Translations under genes and position numbers: made by a program
Shown: positions 54,868-64,000 of the stretch, in pieces
How positions within the stretch are numbered: position 1 is the stretch's first letter
How the letters are laid out: each line of letters opens with the position of its first letter
Notes under the pieces: generated by a model
Told to the model about the DNA's origin: nothing
What the model saw: only the letters and a program-made list of their open reading frames with translations
Database searches by the model: none
DNA from: Sphingobacterium sp.
GTDB taxonomy: Bacteria; Bacteroidota; Bacteroidia; Sphingobacteriales; Sphingobacteriaceae
DNA: 64,000 nt
Reading direction: 5' to 3'
NCBI GenBank assembly: GCA_031253985.1
Contig: JAIRVH010000206.1
Span: forward strand, 40,079-104,078

Positions 54868-55645
54868 TATTGTTTATATTCCGTAACTTGATCCATGTTG
54901 GCGCATGATCGCTGCTCTTCTCCCAGCCACGGACATTCCGATCAATACCGCCTTCAATTAAACGATCCTGAATGGAAGGGCTCAATAGAATATGGTCTAT
55001 CCGTAAACCTGCATTTCGACTATAGGCCTGGCGAAAGTAATCCCAGAATGTATAAACCTGCTGATCCGGAAAAAGCTGACGAATGGAATCTCGCCATCCC
55101 TGCTGTAGAAGTTGACTGAATGCATCTTTCACCTCTTTTCTAAACAGTGCATCGTTGATATATTTTTCAGGTTTATACGTGTCTTTTTCGGTTGGAATAA
55201 TATTAAAATCACCAATGAGTATCGCTGGAATATCCATACTCAACAGCGTTTTGGCCCGCTTGGTTAAGCGCTCGATCCACATTAGCTTATAATCAAATTT
55301 GGGTCCCGGAAATGGATTACCATTAGGCAGATAAATACAGCAAAAGACGACTTGCTGAATCATAACCTCCAAATAGCGACTTTGAACATCTTCGGTATCT
55401 CCTGGAAGCTCCCTTGAGATCTCTTGGATCTCATATTTTGAAAGCACGGCAACCCCGTTCCAACTTTTTTGTCCATGCCAAACAGCATGATATCCGAGGT
55501 CATTAATCTCTTTCAATGGAAAACGCTCCTGAGGAGCTTTCAGCTCCTGGAGACAAACGACATCAGGCGTTTCTTCTGCTAACCATCGTAGCAAAACGGG
55601 TAAACGTGCGTTGATACCATTAATATTATAAGTGGCTATCTTCAT
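54860..55645 (-). CDS. xthA: exodeoxyribonuclease III
   Basis: 261 aa. MKIATYNINGINAR...VVCLQELK, GDFNI, SDHAP. Overlaps the NUDIX gene by 8 nt. Confidence 0.9.
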   Translation of the reverse strand: MKIATYNINGINARLPVLLRWLAEETPDVVCLQELKAPQERFPLKEINDLGYHAVWHGQKSWNGVAVLSKYEIQEISRELPGDTEDVQSRYLEVMIQQVVFCCIYLPNGNPFPGPKFDYKLMWIERLTKRAKTLLSMDIPAILIGDFNIIPTEKDTYKPEKYINDALFRKEVKDAFSQLLQQGWRDSIRQLFPDQQVYTFWDYFRQAYSRNAGLRIDHILLSPSIQDRLIEGGIDRNVRGWEKSSDHAPTWIKLRNINNNG

Positions 55646-55763
55646 GAAATTATCGTTTTAACTTAAACAAACAACCAAAGGAAGGTTCCAATTGTTTGAA
55701 AACGGCTCAGATAAATTTAAACACTGCATCTTAGACCAATTAACAGGACTTTTAAAGTACACC

Positions 55764-56246
55764 TTAGACTAACTCCTTAACCATCCAAACATCGCAACCG
55801 GGATGTCCAGATTCTCCCATTGGGGCAGTAAGACTCTTAAACCCTTGTTTCTTATAAATAGCAATAGCATCTCCAAAAGCTGGTAGGCTCTCAAGGTATA
55901 TGCTAGAATAACCAAATTCCTTTGCTGAAACAACTGATCTGTTCATTAATTCCCGACCGATACCCCTGCCCCTAGCTTTGGCGGACAAGTAAAATTTAAC
56001 AAGTTCGGTGCAGTCAGCGGGAAGCCCGACAGTAGGATATATACCACAGCAACCTACGATTTCGCCGTCTATCTCAGCGACCCATAAGCAAGCTTTTGCT
56101 CTTTGGAATAACTCAAATAGATTATCGGTCGTGGGATCGGAATAAACTGTACCCAAACGTGGAGCGTCCAACTCTTCAAAAACCGTCCGTATGATTGTTG
56201 CTAATATAATATTATCTTCCGGCTTAATCTTCCTTATCGCGATCAT
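55764..56246 (-). CDS. GNAT-family N-acetyltransferase
   Basis: 160 aa. ARGRGIGRELMNRSV...IYKKQGF. Confidence 0.85.
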   Translation of the reverse strand: MIAIRKIKPEDNIILATIIRTVFEELDAPRLGTVYSDPTTDNLFELFQRAKACLWVAEIDGEIVGCCGIYPTVGLPADCTELVKFYLSAKARGRGIGRELMNRSVVSAKEFGYSSIYLESLPAFGDAIAIYKKQGFKSLTAPMGESGHPGCDVWMVKELV

Positions 56247-56416
56247 TACTATTATCGTATCTTACTTTGTGATCTGGTCCTCATCCAACCGTGCAAATTG
56301 TGCCGATTGTTTTCAACGTCAGTTACTTTTGATAAAAATATCCTTCACAAAACAGTTAAAAAGACATTAAATTAACGTTATATTTATGTAACCAAATATA
56401 AAAAAAGTTCTACATC

Positions 56417-56803
56417 ATGACAAAAATATCCGCCAAAAGAACACTTCGGAATGACATCGTTATTAACCTAAAAAACTCTTTATCCTACCTAGGTGATTAT
56501 TTGAGCGACAAAAAACTCGATTCTCGTCTCGAAAAAGCATCTAAATTGTTGACCAAAGGTATAAAAGAAAAGAAAATTGAGAAACGCAATTTAGAACAAG
56601 CCAAAATATCCGAAAAGGAAAATATAACGAGCGACAGTGCAAAGTCTTCTAAAACTCCTGCAGGCAAAGACATGAAAACCACTCTGCATCAGGTTGAAGA
56701 CAACCCTATTTCATCAAAAACAACAACGGGCGAGGAGTCCAGTGCAATCGCTACGGTCAAAGCACGTACGCCCAGAAACGGAAAACAAAAAGTTGAAAAG
56801 TAA
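56417..56803 (+). CDS. hydrophilic hypothetical protein
   Basis: 128 aa, Lys/Ser/Glu-rich, no motif recognised. Confidence 0.4.
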   Translation: MTKISAKRTLRNDIVINLKNSLSYLGDYLSDKKLDSRLEKASKLLTKGIKEKKIEKRNLEQAKISEKENITSDSAKSSKTPAGKDMKTTLHQVEDNPISSKTTTGEESSAIATVKARTPRNGKQKVEK

Positions 56804-56977
56804 CTTTGCTTTTTCTACGCTATAAATACGTAATTCATCTGTTTTTTTCGGTAGTACTGTGCTTAGGCTACGTTATTTACATTCAAAAACTACGGTTAAA
56901 GCTGTTTCAACAGTCTTTGGGTATAAATTTTGATTCATTTACAGCAAAAGAATTCACACTCAAATAGCGTACTGAAT

Positions 56978-57097
56978 ATGGAAAATATTGATAAAAAAGC
57001 AGAAAAAGTAGGTTTGGAAAAAGGTTATTATTTGTTGTTAATGGCCATTCTAGATCTTCCAGTGGAAGAGGTACAAAATGCGGTAAAGGAGGATTAG
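56978..57097 (+). CDS. 39-aa ORF immediately upstream of the glycosyltransferase gene
   Basis: MENIDKKAEKVGLEKGYYLLLMAILDLPVEEVQNAVKED. The stop is 4 nt before ATG 57102, and its 3-prime end contains aaggagga. Confidence 0.3.
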   Translation: MENIDKKAEKVGLEKGYYLLLMAILDLPVEEVQNAVKED

Positions 57098-57101
57098 TCA
57101 T

Positions 57102-58283
57102 ATGAAGAAAATAGCAATCATTAGTACATGTCCTCCGCAAGAATGTGGATTGGCAACTTTCACAAAAGATCTTAAAAAAGGGATGGAACTCGATCCCAAT
57201 GTTCAAATTGATATTATTGCACTATCTAAACTTGGTTTAGAAGATTTTGATGGATCGGTGCGTTTTGTAATCTATAGAGATCGGCTTGATAGTTATCACC
57301 AAGCTACCCGTATAATCAATGAGGAATACGACTATTGCATTATCCAACATGAATTTGGAATATTTGGGGGTGTGGATGGCATTTTCATCACGCAGATCGC
57401 CAACAACTTAACAATACCTTTGCTCACAATATTTCATACTATTCTGCAGACTCCTTCATTGCAGCAGAAAGAAATTATGGAATTACTTCTGGAAAAATCT
57501 CAGGCTGTCGTCAGTCTATCTCCAAAAGGAGTTGAATTGTTAAAGGGTCAGTTTAGTGAAGCTTATACAGATAAAATTAAAGTTATCCCTCACGGTGTGC
57601 CTCAGTTTGATTATAATCAAGGACTGGCCAAATACAGATTGAACCTCCAAAATAACTTTGTGATGATGACTTTTGGTTTAATCGGAAGAAGCAAGGGACT
57701 GGAGCATGCCATCCGATCCTTGTCGGGTATTGACTTCCCTGGATTCAAATATCTTATCATCGGAAAAACACATCCAAATGTTCTGGCGCATGAAGGAGAA
57801 TCGTACCGCTTCGAACTCCAAAATCTAGTTGATCAATTAGGTTTACAGGATAAGGTTGTTTTTATTGATAAATTCTTGACGGATGAAGAGCTAAAGGAAT
57901 ACTTAACAGCATGCGATATTTATCTGTCCCCCTATCCCCATGAACAGCAAATCAGTAGTGGAACCTTATCTTTTGCAGTAGGTGCTGGCGCTGCAGTTAT
58001 CTCTACGCCCTACTGGCATGCCCAAGATTTATTGAAAGATGAACGTGGAATTCTCACGCCTTTCAATGATATAGAAGCCATGCGTGCAAATATCAATCTA
58101 CTGTATACATCGCATCGGCTATTAGCTTGGCATCGTTTCAAAGCACGCAGTTATGGGGAACAAACGGTTTGGAAAAACGTAGCAAAAATCTATATGGAGC
58201 TTTTAAAGGGTTTAGCGACTCCGGTGAGATCTTTAATTGATTATGAAAAATATGTCTCTTTTGACCTGAGAAGAGAAGCGTAA
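57102..58283 (+). CDS. GT4-family (group 1) glycosyltransferase
   Basis: 393 aa. N-terminus MKKIAIISTCPPQECGLATFTKDL. C-terminal GT-B E-x7-E region (ISSGTLSFAVGAGAAVISTP). Confidence 0.75.
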   Translation: MKKIAIISTCPPQECGLATFTKDLKKGMELDPNVQIDIIALSKLGLEDFDGSVRFVIYRDRLDSYHQATRIINEEYDYCIIQHEFGIFGGVDGIFITQIANNLTIPLLTIFHTILQTPSLQQKEIMELLLEKSQAVVSLSPKGVELLKGQFSEAYTDKIKVIPHGVPQFDYNQGLAKYRLNLQNNFVMMTFGLIGRSKGLEHAIRSLSGIDFPGFKYLIIGKTHPNVLAHEGESYRFELQNLVDQLGLQDKVVFIDKFLTDEELKEYLTACDIYLSPYPHEQQISSGTLSFAVGAGAAVISTPYWHAQDLLKDERGILTPFNDIEAMRANINLLYTSHRLLAWHRFKARSYGEQTVWKNVAKIYMELLKGLATPVRSLIDYEKYVSFDLRREA

Positions 58284-58292
58284 TATGAAAAG

Positions 58293-58411
58293 GGGCTGTC
58301 CAAAAAAAGTTGGATAGCCCTTTTTCATTATATTTAACTATACCTATACAGGAACTTTTCAAATATCCAATTCTCAGAGAGTTTGTTTTTACTTTTAGAC
58401 ACCCTCTTTTT
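58293..58411 (+). repeat. intergenic repeat element, copy A (hairpin + ~90-nt conserved tail)
   Basis: gggctgtccaaaaaaagttggatagccc + T-run, then ...ctatacaggaacttttcaaatatccaattctcagagagtttgtttttacttttagacaccct. Matches 63515-63630 with a few substitutions and 1-nt indels. Confidence 0.8.
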
Positions 58412-58653
58412 AATATACGCAATAACCTATTCAAAATTACCAACGGTATTCCCCTATAAATATGATGTTCGACGTCAATTTTGAGATCGGACGTTAGTTC
58501 CCCCCCTTTTTAGCTGATACAATAGCGTGTTTGTATGTCACCGACACAAAGGTAAATAGCAACTAAAGTAAAGTCATGCTTAAAAAATTAATTTAGCCTT
58601 TTATCTTTCGATCGGGTACGATTTGGATCAGTCGAACGTTTTATATCCTAAAC

Positions 58654-59901
58654 ATGTTAAGTAAAAAATCGATCTTTGCATGGCAATATCCAGATATAAT
58701 CTATTGGCTCATGATGCATTCTAAAATAACACTATCAGCATTACTTTTGCTACTGATGACGCTCACGTGTAACGCCCAGATTTTTGATCGTACACTAAAG
58801 CATAACAGAGAAAAAACCCAGAAAGAATTTTTAAAGTTTATTACTGAAATAGGTAGCAAAATCTCCGATTCCACTTTAACTGCCGAACAGCAATATGCAT
58901 TATTTAATCCGATTGTTGAATATGCAGAAAGAGAACATGCGACTATAACAAATTTGCGCAACAAATATTTTCAAAAAACCCCACCTCCACCAGCAGCTCT
59001 CGATCCAGTTATTTTTGAAAGCGCTCCCCATGATGATCTCTCCAAAATGCTGGAAAACCCACAATTCACCACGGTGACTTTACTACAATGTTATCGGCCC
59101 CTTGAAATAGGAAGACTTATCGGTGGACTTGTTCAACCTGCTATTTATCAAAAATTTAATACAGGTACAGATGAATCGAAGATCGCTTACACCTTTGGAA
59201 ATCAGGTATTCGCGAAGAAATTAAAAGATGATGTTTGGCAAATATGGTTCATAAATAGACTTTACATACTTAAGTTTACCCTTAATCTAGAGACTATGGT
59301 AATCCACGATATGAAGTATACACGGCCCAATCAATCTGAATACTTACGTCTTCAGCTCCCATTCGGAGTTCATAAGCCAGCCAATAAATTAGAATTGCTC
59401 TACCAAGAAATGGATAAAATCCGCTGGAATACATACACGGTAAAATTGATACAGCAATCGTCCCCCAAAGAATGGCAAGATACCGTTGACCAGCAATTAT
59501 CCGCGTTCTATTTAAAGAACCAATCGCGATTTATCAAAGTCCAAAATGAAATACTCAAAAATACAGAAAGAGGCGCCGATTTAGATCAAAACTGGCAGGA
59601 AATACGCTTGTCTACCGATGAAAATGCACAATTGATACAAACTTTAAAAAAGAATATGCTTCAACCTGACGAAGCGACACAGCAGCTATTTTCATTTTCA
59701 AATGGCATCATTCCTTTTAATCAAGATATTGAAGAAATCGGTAAGAATGCGATGTCAGGTTTCCTACACTATATAACCGGGAAGGAAAAAAACAACATTT
59801 GGAAAATTCAATCTTTAGGGTATTCCATTGCATTTGAATATAAATGGGACCTAGAGAAAGGAAAGTTTTCGGAAATAAAAATCTTTAAGAGAAAATCATA
59901 A
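58654..59901 (+). CDS. secreted hypothetical protein
   Basis: 415 aa. A signal peptide is evident from an internal Met (MHSKITLSALLLLLMTLTCNAQ, about 58714). No motif recognised. Confidence 0.6.
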   Translation: MLSKKSIFAWQYPDIIYWLMMHSKITLSALLLLLMTLTCNAQIFDRTLKHNREKTQKEFLKFITEIGSKISDSTLTAEQQYALFNPIVEYAEREHATITNLRNKYFQKTPPPPAALDPVIFESAPHDDLSKMLENPQFTTVTLLQCYRPLEIGRLIGGLVQPAIYQKFNTGTDESKIAYTFGNQVFAKKLKDDVWQIWFINRLYILKFTLNLETMVIHDMKYTRPNQSEYLRLQLPFGVHKPANKLELLYQEMDKIRWNTYTVKLIQQSSPKEWQDTVDQQLSAFYLKNQSRFIKVQNEILKNTERGADLDQNWQEIRLSTDENAQLIQTLKKNMLQPDEATQQLFSFSNGIIPFNQDIEEIGKNAMSGFLHYITGKEKNNIWKIQSLGYSIAFEYKWDLEKGKFSEIKIFKRKS

Positions 59902-60065
59902 TATGGACGGCCCTTAAAATAAGATTAGGGGCAAAATGAAATAGCTTTTGATATATTAAAATAATTTAACACTCAGATTAAGCTTTCGAAAAAAAGCATT
60001 AACTTAGCTTTAATAGTCCAAACAATCATCCCAACTAAAAGACATTACATTAGTTAGACCTGAGT

Positions 60066-61334
60066 ATGCTGCAACAATTTTATGCTTATCTAAAAATTTT
60101 ACCGCTATTTATTTTATTAGATTTTTTAATCTTCATGAGACTACGGAGATTGACTGTCTGGAAATCCAATCCGATACGATCAAACATCGTTTGGTGGTCC
60201 TTCAGCATACTTTCTTACCTTAGCATGTTTCTTAATTTATTTTTTAAATGGAGTAGTTTCGCATCAGCCTGTTTTGTGTTTTTTCCACTTTCGTTGCTAA
60301 TTGCCAAGGTCATAATTCTTTTTTTCATCGGAATCGATGCTATTGTACTTGTTTTCAGAATAATCTGCCGACGTTTTATTAAAGCAAAGCCTAGATCTGA
60401 TCTAGAGGAGCATGTACTGCCGATAAAAAGATCGGATTTTATAGTCAAAAGCGGCCTCTTGCTCGCCAGTGTTCCACTCGTTGCACTCACGCGGGGATTT
60501 GCCTTCAATTTATATGATTATCAGGTAAAACATATTGATCTCATTTTACCTAATTTACCGAAATCATTTGATGGAATTACCATTGCCCAGATTTCTGATA
60601 TCCATGCGGGTAGTCTTTATCATCCAACCGCTGTAAAAAGAGGCGTAGACATGTTGCTCGCGCAAAAGCCTGACATCATATTCTTTACAGGAGACTTAGT
60701 CAATGATTTCGCTTCCGAAATGGAAGATTATTTATCCATATTCAATAAAATAAAAGCCCCATTAGGTACATTTTCAATACTGGGAAATCACGATTATGGC
60801 GAATATCATTTTAACAGACAATATTTCTTTGATCAGAATCAATTAACGAAAGCGCAAAATCTCGCCAATCTCAAGGCCATTCATCAACAACTCGGCTGGC
60901 AACTTCTTCTTAATGAGTCAAGAGAGCTCGCTTTGAATAATGAAAAAATTACGATTATAGGCGTTGAAAACTGGGGAGTCAATAATCCCAACAATTACGG
61001 AGATATCGATTTATCCATGTCAAAAGTAGATAAATCCTCACCCGTCAATTTAATGCTTTCACACGACCCTTCACATTGGCGTGCTGAGATTATACCCAAA
61101 TATCCAAACGTGGATGTTACTTTTAGTGGACATACGCACGGGGGACAATTCGGTTATAACAACCCCAACCACCAATGGAGTCCAGTGAAATATGCTTATC
61201 GCGAGTGGGCTGGTCTATACCGCGAAAAACATCAGTCACTCTATGTAAATGTTGGATTCGGGTATCTGGATTATCCGAGCCGAGTTGGGATATTACCAGA
61301 AATTACTCTATTTCATCTGAAGCGTAAAAGTTAA
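60066..61334 (+). CDS. membrane-anchored metallophosphoesterase (YkuE-like)
   Basis: 422 aa. About 4 N-terminal TM segments, then DIHAGS, GDLVND, GNHDYG and GHTHGGQ. Confidence 0.8.
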   Translation: MLQQFYAYLKILPLFILLDFLIFMRLRRLTVWKSNPIRSNIVWWSFSILSYLSMFLNLFFKWSSFASACFVFFPLSLLIAKVIILFFIGIDAIVLVFRIICRRFIKAKPRSDLEEHVLPIKRSDFIVKSGLLLASVPLVALTRGFAFNLYDYQVKHIDLILPNLPKSFDGITIAQISDIHAGSLYHPTAVKRGVDMLLAQKPDIIFFTGDLVNDFASEMEDYLSIFNKIKAPLGTFSILGNHDYGEYHFNRQYFFDQNQLTKAQNLANLKAIHQQLGWQLLLNESRELALNNEKITIIGVENWGVNNPNNYGDIDLSMSKVDKSSPVNLMLSHDPSHWRAEIIPKYPNVDVTFSGHTHGGQFGYNNPNHQWSPVKYAYREWAGLYREKHQSLYVNVGFGYLDYPSRVGILPEITLFHLKRKS

Positions 61335-61444
61335 AACCTATTTTAGCGCTGCTGCAAATTAAATACTGTCCCTGCCGGATCGGTAATCCAATGCATATTT
61401 TCGTGCAACTCTTCGAAATCATCGCATGTTTCTACACTTCCCTC

Positions 61445-61831
61445 CTATCTCAAACTGAATTTCCTGTCTGCTGGCCTGAAATACCAAGAAGCAGCTATTA
61501 GCACAATATACAGTAGTGCTGGAGCCATGAAAGAAAAAGAATCCCCAGATGCGATATGTGAATATAAAGCACCAGTCGCAGTAAAGAAAATACCCGCATA
61601 CGCCCATTCTTTCCAAAGAGGTTTTTTAGGCCAAAGCAAGACAACCACAGCTAATAACTTCCAGATTCCGAGCAAAGGGAGTATATAATTGGGATAGCCC
61701 AAATGAGCTATATTCTGTCCCCCACCTGCTCCTTCTGTTTGAATTTTAAAAATCTGTATGATAGCAGTTGACAACAATCCTACAGCCAGCCATACGGTTG
61801 CTATCCAGTAAATTATTCTATCTCTTTTCAT
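61445..61831 (-). CDS. DoxX-like membrane protein
   Basis: 128 aa, four TM segments, typical size and topology. Motif recognition is weak. Confidence 0.5.
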   Translation of the reverse strand: MKRDRIIYWIATVWLAVGLLSTAIIQIFKIQTEGAGGGQNIAHLGYPNYILPLLGIWKLLAVVVLLWPKKPLWKEWAYAGIFFTATGALYSHIASGDSFSFMAPALLYIVLIAASWYFRPADRKFSLR

Positions 61832-62080
61832 AATGATTTGATTTACTTATTTATATTTTTGATCGTTTTCATTTTATCATTGACTTTGCTCCTCGTATCG
61901 CTTTCTCAATAGTTTTATTCTTTCCTGAATCGCATACCGACAAATAGCAGGGTAAATACATAGTTACTTGACTACAAATATACATGTAGCTATTTAACTA
62001 CGCAATATTTTTTTGAAGAGGTATTACTTGCCAGGCTGCGTGAAATGAAAAGGCCCTTAATCCCTACTATTTATTTTCCA

Positions 62081-62088
62081 TATATTTG
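62081..62088 (+). promoter_or_regulatory. candidate -7 box for the macro-domain gene
   Basis: TATATTTG, 35 nt upstream of ATG 62123. Confidence 0.35.
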
Positions 62089-62122
62089 AAAATCAGTTGA
62101 CCTTTTTGTATAAAACGATAGA

Positions 62123-62647
62123 ATGGAAAATAAAATCACCGTGATTAAAGGAGATATCACAAAAGTTGAAGCCGATGCTATTGTAAATGCGGCCAACACA
62201 TCGCTACTTGGAGGTGGAGGCGTAGATGGCGCTATTCATCGCGCTGGCGGTCCGGAAATTCTGGAAGGTTGCCGTAAAATTGTTGCTAAACAAGGCGGTT
62301 GCAAGGTGGGTGAAGCAGTCATTACAACAGCGGGTAAGCTACCTGCTAAATATGTAATTCACACGGTTGGCCCTGTTTGGAATGGTGGGAAAAATAACGA
62401 GATTAAAAGTTTAGAAAGCTGTTACTACAACGCACTCACACTAGCGGCTGAAAATGGTTGTCATACGGTTGCTTTTCCCAATATCAGTACCGGAATCTAT
62501 AGATTCCCTAAAGAACTGGCGGCAGAAGTATCTATTCGTATCATCAAACAATTCCTATTTGCGAACACAACAATCACACAAGTCAAAATCGTGTGTTTTG
62601 ATGAGGATAACTTTCGACTGGTCAATCAAATGGTAATGCAATCCTAG
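62123..62647 (+). CDS. macro-domain protein (O-acetyl-ADP-ribose deacetylase, YmdB-like)
   Basis: 174 aa. [34 protein letters not shown] and FPNISTGIY. Confidence 0.9.
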   Translation: MENKITVIKGDITKVEADAIVNAANTSLLGGGGVDGAIHRAGGPEILEGCRKIVAKQGGCKVGEAVITTAGKLPAKYVIHTVGPVWNGGKNNEIKSLESCYYNALTLAAENGCHTVAFPNISTGIYRFPKELAAEVSIRIIKQFLFANTTITQVKIVCFDEDNFRLVNQMVMQS

Positions 62648-62659
62648 GATCAAATTATG

Positions 62660-63133
62660 CTAGTCTGCTTCAAATTCCCATTTAAACTCATACGCGAGGA
62701 CAGGTTTGTCTATCGGAGGAAATTCCAGCTTTTTAAGCTCCCGGATATGCGCAAAATCTTTGTTAAGCAATAAATATATTCCCGCATTTTTGCTGATTTC
62801 ACGCAATATTTCTTCCGTAATTTCTTTTTGAGTGTTATTGGCGGCAATTTTCATTTTGACAATCTGCTTTCCCGCGGAGGTTATGTATTGATTCAGTTTA
62901 TATGGTCCGGGAACACCATTATTCTCATGCGACTGTCCTGCCAATTTATCATTGATATATATTTCATAATCGACATTTTTTATTTCATGATAAAGAAAGT
63001 ACGATTTTACGACCGAGGCAATTCCGCTACGATTGACTTCAGCAACCTCATCATTATCCCTATCTCCACCTCTATTGTTACATGACATAAACAACACAAC
63101 ACAGTACACAGCAATGACGATAATTTTTTTCAT
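62660..63133 (-). CDS. hypothetical lipoprotein
   Basis: I prefer the internal start MKKIIVIAVYCVVLFMSCNN (lipobox) over track start 63196. Confidence 0.55.
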   Translation of the reverse strand: MKKIIVIAVYCVVLFMSCNNRGGDRDNDEVAEVNRSGIASVVKSYFLYHEIKNVDYEIYINDKLAGQSHENNGVPGPYKLNQYITSAGKQIVKMKIAANNTQKEITEEILREISKNAGIYLLLNKDFAHIRELKKLEFPPIDKPVLAYEFKWEFEAD

Positions 63134-63514
63134 TTCGTATTTTCTCTTTATTTTTAACACTGCAACAATATTCCTTTGACAGAGATTCGAAGCCAATACG
63201 ACTAACGAGTTAACAACCCAATTAAGGTCTCAAAACATGAGATTGCGTATGGCTTTACAGTGTATTAAGATACTAATTAGTCGGAACAAAAAGGAGCTAT
63301 ACAGGTTTATTTTTTTACAGGAGAAGTAAGAAAAATCATAAGCAAATAGCGAGATTCATTTCTCTCAATTTTTTTGGTCAACCATATGGTCGATCTATAG
63401 GACCTACTTAAAAGAAGCAGCTATGTCCATCCTTTTAAAATTTCTTTATAAGTCATTAGAATTCACGATATTTAAAAAAAATAAACACCCTACCAGTATC
63501 TGTTTAAAACATTA

Positions 63515-63630
63515 GGGCTGTCCAAAAAACTTGGATAGCCCTTTTTTCCGGATATTTTACCTATACAGGGACTTTTCAAATATGCAATTCGCAGAGAGTT
63601 GTTTTTACTTTTTAGACCCTATCTTTTTTC
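63515..63630 (+). repeat. intergenic repeat element, copy B
   Basis: gggctgtccaaaaaacttggatagccc + T-run, then ...cctatacagggacttttcaaatatgcaattcgcagagagttgtttttactttttagaccct. Same orientation as copy A. Confidence 0.8.
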
Positions 63631-63714
63631 AAGGAATTATCATGAAGCTGTCTCCTCCAAATGTAGCATGTCGAACAATAGCCTGACACAGTCTGAATAT
63701 TGTTCGACGGTCAT

Positions 63715-64000
63715 TTATCTTGGTAAACTTTCTGGACGGCGCATACGATAAGAAGTCGCTGTGATAGCGTGCAAAAAGGACTCAATATCTTTTATTTCAT
63801 CTTTCGTCAGATTTAAGGGCTGCATCAATGGGTCGGTTACAGGATAAAGTGGATCTTTTGCCTTCTGTTCAGCTGTGGCAGAATTCATTTGCATACCACT
63901 ATTATACATATTTAAAAGTCCAGTCATATTCCAAAACAAACCATTGTGCATCCATGGATCAGTATTCATTACGTCGCGCAGGGATGGCGTCCGAAAGCGT
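63715..64000 (-). CDS. di-haem cytochrome c peroxidase family protein, C-terminal part (gene runs off the window end)
   Basis: The frame stays open to the window edge: ...RFRTPSLRDVMNTDPWMHNGLF...LNLTKDEIKDIESFLHAIT, the conserved CCP/MauG C-terminal blocks. Confidence 0.75.
   Translation of the reverse strand, partial: RFRTPSLRDVMNTDPWMHNGLFWNMTGLLNMYNSGMQMNSATAEQKAKDPLYPVTDPLMQPLNLTKDEIKDIESFLHAITATSYRMRRPESLPR

Noticed and set aside
56907-57206. 99-aa minus-strand ORF across the GT4 start.
   Set aside because: It overlaps the well-supported GT4 start and SD region on the opposite strand. The hydrophobic, Phe-rich product is typical of antisense AT-rich sequence.
58138-58443. 101-aa minus-strand ORF covering repeat copy A.
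   Set aside because: The two repeat copies differ by 1-nt indels that would break this frame. The ORF also overlaps the 3-prime end of the GT4 gene, and its product has no features.

Overview
A 64-kb chromosomal window from a Bacteroidota genome. GC is roughly 40% by eye. Many lipoproteins, TAnnTTTG -7 promoter boxes and Sphingobacteriaceae-typical DUF families suggest the taxon, but that is inference. I can support about 65 protein-coding genes, one tRNA-His(GTG), two decayed gene remnants, a set of rho-independent terminators and a few repeats. I saw no rRNA, CRISPR array, transposase, integrase or phage genes. Family and DUF names are recognised from memory of motifs, not from searches.

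Layout:
- 1-1.5 kb: start of a CzcA-type metal efflux pump plus a Cys/His-rich DUF6660-like peptide.
- 2-3.9 kb: fimbrillin-like lipoprotein plus a 56-aa ORF that the track misses.
- 4-11.5 kb: L-fucose utilisation cluster (mutarotase-like, GH29 fucosidase, L-fuconate dehydratase-like, Na/solute symporter, SDR, FMN-dependent lactate-type dehydrogenase, divergent AraC regulator).
- 11.7-19 kb: loose island of general-stress-type genes, with an orphan NarL-type response regulator beside the decayed remnant of its kinase.
- 19.3 kb: tRNA-His, followed by an odd non-coding region with 11-bp phased repeats.
- 19.8-28 kb: methyltransferase, MarR-GNAT fusion, a sigma / small protein / ClpP operon, VOC, AlkD-like, M20 peptidase, Crp plus an NTF2-like protein.
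- 28.3-32.6 kb: secreted DUF5077/DUF3472 protein, GH30, DUF3575 barrel.
- 33.5 kb: bacterial eRF1-like (baeRF-type) protein.
- 35.6-53.7 kb: the most interesting stretch. Two paralogous orphan ECF-type sigma factors bracket an lmo0937-type peptide, an ankyrin protein, HPII catalase, a bacteriophytochrome histidine kinase, a treY(-malQ fusion)/glgX/treZ trehalose operon, two tandem cytidylyltransferases and a degenerate receiver protein.
- 54-64 kb: DUF6157, NUDIX, exonuclease III, GNAT, GT4 glycosyltransferase, secreted hypothetical, membrane metallophosphoesterase, DoxX, macro-domain deacetylase, lipoprotein, and the C-terminus of a cytochrome c peroxidase. Two copies of a ~120-nt intergenic repeat also lie here.
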